Below, piece by piece: positions 1 to 7,158 of a stretch of 64,000 nt of DNA. The translations under genes were made by a program, and so were the position numbers. The DNA is from a virus (lineage: Duplodnaviria > Caudoviricetes). The stretch lies in IMG/VR virus record IMGVR_UViG_3300028485_000001, positions 1-64,000 of that record; one strand, written 5' to 3'. The notes beneath the pieces were generated by a model that did no database searches, was not told the origin of the DNA, and was given only the letters and a program-made list of their open reading frames with translations. Within the stretch, counting starts at the first letter, position 1; the number at the start of each line of letters is the position of its first letter.

Positions 1-1
1 G

Positions 2-193
2 GACCCAGGCGCGTACCTGCGCAGCATCAACGGGAGCGGCTACAAGCCGTACAAGAACCCTGAGAACCAGGACGCCTACGACGAGCCGCTACTGGCCCCG
101 CCGGAGAAGGTCCACACCGGGGCGCGTGCTCCCGTCCCCGACCACACGTTCTTCGACACGTTCACCGACGAAGACCTCAAGGCCAGCTTCTAA
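2..193 (+). CDS. Partial hypothetical protein (5' end outside window)
   Basis: Open frame from base 2 to TAA at 191-193 with GC-rich third positions. Confidence 0.55.
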   Translation, partial: DPGAYLRSINGSGYKPYKNPENQDAYDEPLLAPPEKVHTGARAPVPDHTFFDTFTDEDLKASF

Positions 194-270
194 CCCACGA
201 GGGCCCGCACCGTGAACCACCACCGCGCGGGCCCTAACCCCCACCCTGAACCACCAGGAAGAAGGCCACC

Positions 271-810
271 ATGAACGCTACCCCCGAACCGAGCAGCGCG
301 AGCATCTTTCCCCCGCCCGCGACCCCACGGGACGAGTTGCCCCGCACCTACCTCCCGCTCTTCGAGCCCCGCGCTGAAGAAGAGGTCAAGTTCTTCTCCC
401 CCAACCCGACGATCCCCTCCGGGTCCCACTCCGACCGGAAGCGTCGCCGCCCCAAGCGCCCTCAGGTCGAAGCCAAGCGCAAGGGCGTCCGACGCCGTGA
501 GACCGTCCTGTACCGCTACTACGACGCCGAGGACGTCCTCCTGTACGTCGGCATCAGCGCGAACATGCCTGCCCGCCTGGGCTCGCACGAGACCGACTCC
601 ACATGGATGGACTTTGCCGCCCGGTCCACGTTGGAACACTTCGGAGACCGCGCCGACGCGGAGAAGGCGGAGCAGGCCGCGATCGAGGCGGACCGGCCGC
701 TGTTCAACATCCTCCACAACGATCGGCCGGACCGTGTCCGCCGCCTGGTGGACTACCTCATCGACCGGGACCGCCGGGATCTGCTCGTCCCGCTGATCTC
801 GCGCGGTTGA
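271..810 (+). CDS. GIY-YIG nuclease family protein
   Basis: LYRYYD..LLYVGIS..R...H..E..AI..P.FN pattern. Confidence 0.8.
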   Translation: MNATPEPSSASIFPPPATPRDELPRTYLPLFEPRAEEEVKFFSPNPTIPSGSHSDRKRRRPKRPQVEAKRKGVRRRETVLYRYYDAEDVLLYVGISANMPARLGSHETDSTWMDFAARSTLEHFGDRADAEKAEQAAIEADRPLFNILHNDRPDRVRRLVDYLIDRDRRDLLVPLISRG

Positions 811-874
811 CCCCCCCGGGCCCGTCGGGTGATCTCCGGCGGGCCCATCAGCGACCATGAACACAGGAGGAACC

Positions 875-1372
875 ATGGACCAGCGCCCGATCCTGTTCAT
901 CGACGTCGACGGACCCCTCAACCCCTACGACCGCTCCAACCGGTCCGCGCACCGCGCCGGGTACGCGCGCCGCAAGATCGAAGAGTTCAAGGTGTTCCTG
1001 AACCCCACCCACGGGCCCGCACTCATGGAGCTGCCGTTCGAGCTGGTGTGGGGCACCACCTGGGAACGGTCCGCGAACCGACAGATCGGCCCCCGCATTG
1101 GCCTCCCAGAGCTGCCCGTGTGCGGATTCCCCGACAATGGCGTCTCCCCGTCCGGCCTCTACTTCAAGACGCCGTTCATCGTGGAGTACGCCAACGGACG
1201 CCCGTTCGCGTGGATAGACGACGAGATCACCGACACCGACCGCGAGTGGGTCGCTCAGCGGCACAACGGCCCGGCTCTGCTGCACTGGGTTGACCCTGCG
1301 GTCGGGTTGGAGGCGTCGGACTTCGAGGCGTTGGCGGAGTGGGCGGGAGAGCTGGACAAGGCCGCAGCCTGA
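875..1372 (+). CDS. HAD-family phosphatase (Swiss Army Knife RNA-repair-like HAD)
   Basis: FIDVDGPLN, WGTTW and FAWIDD motifs; AGGAGG RBS at 865-870. Confidence 0.8.
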   Translation: MDQRPILFIDVDGPLNPYDRSNRSAHRAGYARRKIEEFKVFLNPTHGPALMELPFELVWGTTWERSANRQIGPRIGLPELPVCGFPDNGVSPSGLYFKTPFIVEYANGRPFAWIDDEITDTDREWVAQRHNGPALLHWVDPAVGLEASDFEALAEWAGELDKAAA

Positions 1373-1436
1373 CCCCCCGGGGCCTGCCGGACCACCCGGC
1401 GGGCCCCGCCCAGCGACACTAGACACAGGAGGCAGC

Positions 1437-1691
1437 ATGGACATCATCGGCCAGATCGACGCCACCCTCGAAGCGTGGGAACGCGGCCCCGACGCCGCGA
1501 GGTGGACACCCGCCGGGGTCTCCACGGGCCCCCTGCCTTTCAGTGATGCGTCATGGCGGCACGTCGCGATCTGCCGCGACTGCACATCCGAGGGCAGGTT
1601 CACCACCGCGGAAGTGCGCGACGAGTGGATTCGTGAGCACGAGCGGCGCGGGTGGCGTCATCGGGACTGGCGGACCCTCTCGTTCAGCTAG
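1437..1691 (+). CDS. Hypothetical protein
   Basis: AGGAGG RBS before ATG; DAARWTP and CRDC motifs. Confidence 0.65.
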   Translation: MDIIGQIDATLEAWERGPDAARWTPAGVSTGPLPFSDASWRHVAICRDCTSEGRFTTAEVRDEWIREHERRGWRHRDWRTLSFS

Positions 1692-1701
1692 GCCGCCCAG
1701 G

Positions 1702-1752
1702 GGTTGCCCACTAGGTTGCCCACAGCGCTTGTGGGCAACCTAGTGGGCAACC
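1702..1752. repeat. Perfect 23-bp inverted repeat built of four GGTTGCCCAC units
   Basis: GGTTGCCCAC-TA-GGTTGCCCAC-A / GCGCT / T-GTGGGCAACC-TA-GTGGGCAACC. Confidence 0.95.
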
Positions 1753-1784
1753 TGAAAGAGATCCTTACAAGTTCAGGAGACGAC

Positions 1785-2048
1785 ATGACCACTGAGCCCG
1801 CCACCCCATTCACACGGCCCCTGATCACCACCGAAGAAGCCGAACGACTCAGCGAGGCCCTGGAGAAGGTCGGCCGCGACCTCAGCCAGACACTCGCGGA
1901 CGCGGCGACCGCCATGGGGGAGGCCCTGTGGATCGACTGGGAAGGGCTGGAAGCTGGCCTCGCCCCGCTGCGCATCAACCCGGCACTGCCCCGCCTCGAC
2001 ATGCGCGGCGTCATGGTCCACGGGTACGTGCCGCACGGGGAGGCGTGA
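1785..2048 (+). CDS. Hypothetical protein
   Basis: AGGAG RBS; coupled to next gene by TGATG. Confidence 0.7.
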   Translation: MTTEPATPFTRPLITTEEAERLSEALEKVGRDLSQTLADAATAMGEALWIDWEGLEAGLAPLRINPALPRLDMRGVMVHGYVPHGEA

Positions 2049-2308
2049 TGGACAGCAAGCCGATGCCGTTCGTCGGCGGACCCTGGGACGGCGAGGAGAT
2101 CCCCGTGGACATCGCGCCCAACGGCGGCCTCCCCGACCGGTGGGACTTCATCGAGACCCGCATCGAGGACTACAACCTCGCCGCCGGGCCGCACGGTCGC
2201 CTCAACCCCGTGACCCCTGGCCGCATCCAGATCCGCCACGAGTACTGGCTGACCAACGAACCCGACGGTAGGCCCGTGTACGCCCACCAAGACGAGCAGG
2301 AGTGGTGA
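2048..2308 (+). CDS. Hypothetical protein with GGPxDG motif
   Basis: PFVGGPWDG; overlapping start. Confidence 0.7.
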   Translation: MDSKPMPFVGGPWDGEEIPVDIAPNGGLPDRWDFIETRIEDYNLAAGPHGRLNPVTPGRIQIRHEYWLTNEPDGRPVYAHQDEQEW

Positions 2309-2338
2309 CAGGGCGCCCGACCCGCACGGGCGCTCATC

Positions 2339-2647
2339 TCACGTTTTCCTGCGACTGTTCAGGATGATTCCCAGTCGACCGCCAAGCTCCAGCCCGCCCT
2401 CAGGCGTCAGCTCGGCAACGAACCCACGCCCTTCGGCCTCGCGAATCCCCGCTATGTACTTCTCGGAGTCATCCTCCCGGAGCGTCAATACTTCAGCCTG
2501 GATGCGGTCGTAGAACTCCTCCTTGTCGATGAGGGCATCCGGCTGCCACCGGTAGCCACTCGCCAAGAGGGGGTAGCTGAAGTCGATGTCTCGGCCGCCC
2601 CTGTCCCACAAGGCAACTTCTCGTTCTGAGAGTTCGTCTGCGCTCAT
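2339..2647 (-). CDS. Hypothetical acidic protein
   Basis: ORF convergent with the upstream operon; start codon uncertain. Confidence 0.6.
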   Translation of the reverse strand: MSADELSEREVALWDRGGRDIDFSYPLLASGYRWQPDALIDKEEFYDRIQAEVLTLREDDSEKYIAGIREAEGRGFVAELTPEGGLELGGRLGIILNSRRKT

Positions 2648-2759
2648 GCCGCCCATCTTCCCGCGCCCCTCGTCCGCCCGGGGCAAGCCCGCGGCCAAGC
2701 CTGTGGCCGGAAGCGGCCACCCGCCCTCACTGCCCCGCCCGCAGCCCTACGCTCCCCGC

Positions 2760-3263
2760 GTGGACCTCACCCTCACCGAAGCGTGGACCCTCTGGTGGTC
2801 AGGCCAGCAACTCACCGAACACAGCATCCACGGCATGTCCGTGCTCTGGGCGGCGCGAACAGGGAAGCTCCTGGCCTTCCTCGCGGGGACGACGATCGTG
2901 CTCGACATCGTCGGCTCGGAGCGCATCATCCGCTGGGGCGAAAGCATCGTGGAAGCGTCACTGATTCGACGAACCCTTCTCGCCTGCCTCCCGGTGACAG
3001 TTCTCAGCTACCCCCTCTCTATGGCCCTAGGCGCAGGAGATGCCATCCAGGCAGCGTGGCCAACCATCGGCGGATGGCTTATGGCCGTCGCCTTCCACGC
3101 CGTGGCTGGAGCTGCCGGAGGAGCACTTTTGGTTAACTACGGACATCGGATCGCCATCAACTTCGGGCGCCTGCTTGCCCGCCCCCGGTTCGAACGCTGG
3201 CTGCGCATCATCGCCGTCCCGCTGTTCTTCATCGGCTTCGCCTTGGACTACCTGGCGTCATGA
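2760..3263 (+). CDS. Membrane protein
   Basis: About four hydrophobic segments; GTG start inferred. Confidence 0.65.
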   Translation: MDLTLTEAWTLWWSGQQLTEHSIHGMSVLWAARTGKLLAFLAGTTIVLDIVGSERIIRWGESIVEASLIRRTLLACLPVTVLSYPLSMALGAGDAIQAAWPTIGGWLMAVAFHAVAGAAGGALLVNYGHRIAINFGRLLARPRFERWLRIIAVPLFFIGFALDYLAS

Positions 3264-3693
3264 GCCCACCGCCCCATCGCGGGCCACGTCTCGTCGAGGT
3301 CGTCCACCGCCTCGAACCCGGCCCGCTCAAAGAACGCGACGCGCCCCTCGACCCCGTCGCTCTCGTCCGGGAACAGGAACACCCACGGCACTCCCGCCTC
3401 CCGCGCGACGCCCACGAACGCGTCCAGCAGCCCCGTGCCGAGACCCTGCCGCCTCCACGACGCGTCCACCACCACGGACAGGACGTACCCGTGCGGAGGC
3501 GGCACCGGGGCGCCGGGGCCCGTGTACGCCCCGTCGAGGATCCCTCGATCCAGCCGACCACGACGCCGGCATCAACGGCGACCAGGGTGAGGACATCCTC
3601 GGAGTACCCCTTCGCGCCGAAGGGCGGGGCCGCGGTGGCGACCAGGGCCGCGATGTCCGGCCCATCCTCGGGCAGGGCGTGGCGGATCAGCAT
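3248..3693 (-). pseudogene. GNAT acetyltransferase split by an apparent 1-nt deletion near 3542-3544
   Basis: N-half MLIRHALPED...GWIEG and C-half VLSVVVDASWRRQGLGTGLL...FFERAGF lie in different frames. Confidence 0.75.
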
Positions 3694-3708
3694 GAGGGCA
3701 GCCGCCTA

Positions 3709-4959
3709 CTACTCGCGATCAGGCAGGGAGATCAGCTCAAGGTTGAACAAGCCCCCCTGGTTCACGCAGTCCTGGGCCAGGTCATGCACCTGTTCGTGGA
3801 AGTCCTCCTCCGACGCGGTCGCCATGACGGTCATGCTGACTGGCACGTATCGACTCAGTGAGTATGCTGCGGGCGCAGGGAGCCAGCCACCGAACTCGGT
3901 GCGGCACAACGTCAGTGGCCCGTCACCATCCCATTCAATGCCGACGCGAACCTCGTACTCGCGATCACCACTGCCTTCGGCGGTCGCCCGAACCAAGGCC
4001 ATCAAGTCGGCGACTGCGCACTCAACGCCCGACCCCCGCACCTCCCCGCCCTCGTGGGAGCTCTTCGCGTCTATCGGGCGCCCTCCGATCGCGGTGGCCA
4101 CAGTGACCGCTCCGTCGTGGTGGACACTCACCCACGCCTGCTTCCACTGGGATCGCTCATCGGTGGCGGTGTTCGTCGCCACCCAGCGACGCAGGCCTGG
4201 CCGCGGGTTGTCGCATTCGACGTTCTCTATCGGATGGTTGTCCTGGCTGGATGCATAGGTGAGCGTCAGTCTCCGAGCGCGAGCAAGTACCGGGCGCACC
4301 TCCTCGCGGTCGGCCCGGTGTAGCAGCCGCGGAATTCGCGGTTGGGCAACAGCGATGAGCCACGCCCGTTCCTTAGTGTTGAGGCCGTCCGCGGTCTCCT
4401 GGTACAGCGAGTCGAGAGCTTCACTCGCGTGGCGGCGTTCCTCGAATCGCGCCCGGTACATCGCCTCGATCTGATGCTCCCTCATCCAGACGGTGTCGGC
4501 GTCATTGCGGATAGGAGCCCCGAAGAACTGGTTGCGGTAGATCAAGTGTGGCCCTGCGACGCTTGCGGGCACCTCAACCGCAACGGCTCGCCCTTCGGCC
4601 TCGGAGCCGAGCTGGTGGACACGCAGGTTGAAAACGGGTGGGGAGATCGCCGAGATGGCGGCGCTGTGCAGCGTGCGTTCATGGTTCTCATCAAAGACGC
4701 CGACATCCACGCGTTCGGTTGCTACCTTCTGGGTCTCGTCGACTCCGTAGACGATGAGCCCACCGCCGCTGTTGGCCATCGCGGCGACGTCTTTGGGGAA
4801 GTCGGACTGAGTCAGGTTTTTCGCTGGGATCAGCTTTTCCTTCCAGTCCAGGTCGGCCATCTCGTGTACGCCGGCCTCGATGGCCGCGTCCAGCATGTCG
4901 ATCGACAGCGGCCCTGGGGGGAGGCCAAGAGCTCGGTGCAGGGCAGTGAAGGAGGTCAT
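3709..4959 (-). CDS. Schlafen/AlbA_2 domain protein
   Basis: E..DLDWKE...KDVAAMANSGGGLIVYGVDE; TACCAT-N6-ATG upstream. Confidence 0.85.
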   Translation of the reverse strand: MTSFTALHRALGLPPGPLSIDMLDAAIEAGVHEMADLDWKEKLIPAKNLTQSDFPKDVAAMANSGGGLIVYGVDETQKVATERVDVGVFDENHERTLHSAAISAISPPVFNLRVHQLGSEAEGRAVAVEVPASVAGPHLIYRNQFFGAPIRNDADTVWMREHQIEAMYRARFEERRHASEALDSLYQETADGLNTKERAWLIAVAQPRIPRLLHRADREEVRPVLARARRLTLTYASSQDNHPIENVECDNPRPGLRRWVATNTATDERSQWKQAWVSVHHDGAVTVATAIGGRPIDAKSSHEGGEVRGSGVECAVADLMALVRATAEGSGDREYEVRVGIEWDGDGPLTLCRTEFGGWLPAPAAYSLSRYVPVSMTVMATASEEDFHEQVHDLAQDCVNQGGLFNLELISLPDRE

Positions 4960-5064
4960 GAGCAGATGGTACGAATGCCCCACGACACGGCTCACCGAGT
5001 GTTGAGCTTTGTCCTGTCCGCATCCGGCCACCCCCACCACCGCGCCAGCGGGTACACCACGGGG

Positions 5065-5280
5065 ATGAGCGAACTCGTGTTCTTCAAGTCGTCGTACAGC
5101 CAGCCTCAGAACTGCGTTGAGGTGGCGTTCCGCAAGTCCAGCTACAGCGCGACCGCGAACGACTGCGTGGAGGTCGCGGACCTGCCTGCGGGCACAGCCA
5201 TCCGCGACTCCAAGCACCCGCACGAGGGCCACTTGGACATCCCGCGCGGGGAGTGGGCGGCGTTCCTGCGCGCCACCTGA
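5065..5280 (+). CDS. DUF397 protein with duplicated N-terminal motif
   Basis: FKSSYS..NCVEVA twice, then IRDSK.P..W.AFL. Confidence 0.9.
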   Translation: MSELVFFKSSYSQPQNCVEVAFRKSSYSATANDCVEVADLPAGTAIRDSKHPHEGHLDIPRGEWAAFLRAT

Positions 5281-5290
5281 CGCGCCGAGG

Positions 5291-5524
5291 TCACCCCTCC
5301 GCGTCCTGGTACACGTACACCGCGTCCGAGCGTCCCACCGGGCCGTCCACCAGGTCATAGACGTGCGTGCGCACCACCACCGGGCCGCCCGACCACGCGT
5401 CGCTCCCCGCGGCGTGCTCCGGGTAGGCGACACGGGCAGGCAGACGACCCGCGACCAAGACGACCGGCAGGTGATCGCCGTCGTGCGGGCCGTCCAGGTG
5501 CAACACCCACTGCCCAGTGATCAC
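5291..5524 (-). CDS. Hypothetical protein
   Basis: LDGPHDG motif; overlaps upstream stop. Confidence 0.65.
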   Translation of the reverse strand: MITGQWVLHLDGPHDGDHLPVVLVAGRLPARVAYPEHAAGSDAWSGGPVVVRTHVYDLVDGPVGRSDAVYVYQDAEG

Positions 5525-5898
5525 GCCCCATCATGCCCGGCGTCGGGCCACAGCTCTTCGGCGGAGATGTACAGCAGAGCGTCCTCGCGGTCGCGTCTCA
5601 GCACGTACCGGTACTGCCCCGGTACGTGCATCAGCGCCCCGAAGTCCGTCACCGTGGGCTCGCGACCTACCACCATGAGTTCAGGTGGGAGACGACCGTC
5701 AGCCAGAAGCTCCACCATCTCCGTCCGCCCGGCCCACGGGCCGCCCGCGAACGGCACTGGCCGGTAGCGTGCGTCGCGGGCCTCCTCCAGAGCCAAGTCG
5801 CGGGCCTCCCTCTCGGCGCGGGTCAGCTGCTCCTCCCGGCGCTGTGCGCGGATTCGGCGGATCTCCCGCGTGCTCTCGCTCAGATGGTCGTACCCCAT
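5521..5898 (-). CDS. Hypothetical protein with GGPxxG motif
   Basis: PFAGGPWAG; GAGGAG RBS. Confidence 0.7.
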   Translation of the reverse strand: MGYDHLSESTREIRRIRAQRREEQLTRAEREARDLALEEARDARYRPVPFAGGPWAGRTEMVELLADGRLPPELMVVGREPTVTDFGALMHVPGQYRYVLRRDREDALLYISAEELWPDAGHDGA

Positions 5899-5923
5899 GC
5901 TGGTCTCCTCCTCGTCGGCTCCA

Positions 5924-6064
5924 TCATGTCTTTTCCGTCATCTGCCGGAGCTTCTCGACGTACTCGCGGTACCGGTCACGGTCACGCTCGTACATGGCCT
6001 CGACCTCGTCGAGGCCGGCCTGTTCCTCGGGTGTCGCGAGCGGGTCGCGGGAGTGGTCGGGCAT
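5924..6064 (-). CDS. Small hypothetical protein (46 aa, MPDHSRDPL...)
   Basis: Hand-translated; GAGAGGAG RBS. Confidence 0.6.
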   Translation of the reverse strand: MPDHSRDPLATPEEQAGLDEVEAMYERDRDRYREYVEKLRQMTEKT

Positions 6065-6171
6065 CGGGGTCTCCTCTCTCCGGTGCCACCATCCTGACCG
6101 CCCGGCCCGGTCGGGACTGTCTAAAATTAGCGTTTACGAAGTGGCGCCGGTCACGTCGCATTGGGCCTTCC

Positions 6172-6624
6172 TCAAGCGCCGGCGGCGATGATCAAGGCGG
6201 CGACGAACAGCCAGGCGACGTGCCAGCTCAGGTCGAGAGCGTATGCGCCGGTACCGAGGGACGGGTTGTCGTCGCGCCCGGGGCGGGGAGAGCCGAGACG
6301 GTAGAAGCCCGCCAGCCCAAGCCTCTCAGCGAGTCGCGCCAGGGTTGTGCGGCGGTCCGCCCAGTAGTGGCTAGCAGCGTCCACGGCCAGACCGAGCACG
6401 AGCATCCCGGGGTGGACGTCAGTTCCGGTCAGCAGCAGCGGCAGCAGGAAGATCAACTTCGTGACGACGAGCGAGGCGACGTGGCGGGCGCACGCGGCGC
6501 GAGCGGACCACCCCGAGCCGCCCTTCCCGGCGGACTGGCGGGACGTCTGCACCCAGTGATCGCCGACCTGATGCGCGGCGAACAGGGCGGCGAAGATCGC
6601 GGCGAACACGCCAGCGTCGATCAT
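6172..6624 (-). CDS. DUF3307-like membrane protein
   Basis: HQVGDHWVQT...K, DAASHYWADRR and D..WH motifs. Confidence 0.7.
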   Translation of the reverse strand: MIDAGVFAAIFAALFAAHQVGDHWVQTSRQSAGKGGSGWSARAACARHVASLVVTKLIFLLPLLLTGTDVHPGMLVLGLAVDAASHYWADRRTTLARLAERLGLAGFYRLGSPRPGRDDNPSLGTGAYALDLSWHVAWLFVAALIIAAGA

Positions 6625-6768
6625 GGGGGCTCCTCGGTCGGGTAACCCCATGCTCTGCGGCAGCAGCCGCGGGCTCTGTTTAGACCTGAACGCTCGCGAT
6701 GTGGGCTGGCACACTCGGGACCCCGGCGCCGCGAACTAGACTGGACACACCAACCGGAGGAGGCCGCT

Positions 6769-6933
6769 GTGCAGCGCTGGGAGTACCGCATCGAGGAAAT
6801 CCCCGGCGGACCGCACCAGGGCGACCTCCGCAACTGGGGCGCCGACGGGTGGGAACTCGTCGCCGAGACCGTCATCGGCGAGCAGCACGGGCGCCCGCTG
6901 GTGCGGTCCGTCCTCAAACGCGAACGCGACTGA
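6769..6933 (+). CDS. DUF4177-like small protein (54 aa)
   Basis: Hand-translated WEYRI...WGADGWELV; GGAGG RBS. Confidence 0.7.
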   Translation: MQRWEYRIEEIPGGPHQGDLRNWGADGWELVAETVIGEQHGRPLVRSVLKRERD

Positions 6934-6943
6934 CCGTGACCGT

Positions 6944-7157
6944 TAGACGGGTAGACGCCCCGTGGTGTCTAAGAGGCTGCCAGATGCGTCTAGGCGGCCG
7001 TAGCCAGCGGGAACAGTGAATGCCTCCGCCTCCGCCCCCAAGGCCGTCTACGGGCGTCTGAGAACACGAAAACCCCAGCAAACGCTGGGGTTTCGCCATG
7101 TCTACGAGGTCGTCTACGGGGCGCCCGGCCAGACAGCGACCAGACACCCCGCAGACA
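6944..7157. repeat. Cluster of 11 YGTCTR/YAGACR hexamers
   Basis: Copies at 6944, 6952, 6966, 6987, 7045, 7055, 7099, 7111, 7130, 7141, 7152. Confidence 0.75.
7070..7093 (-). terminator. Intrinsic terminator downstream of traB
   Basis: AAACCCCAGC-AAAC-GCTGGGGTTT; T-run follows on the minus strand. Confidence 0.75.
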
Positions 7158-7158
7158 C

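Noticed and set aside
1702-1752. CRISPR array
   Set aside because: No unique spacers and no cas genes in the window
4960-5433. N-terminal extension of the AlbA ORF
   Set aside because: Overlaps DUF397 on the other strand; ATG 4959 has a promoter-like site
6083-6125. Third ATGGTGGC promoter copy upstream of 5924-6064
   Set aside because: The hexamer is CAGGAT with no ATG following and no properly spaced -35; too weak to support
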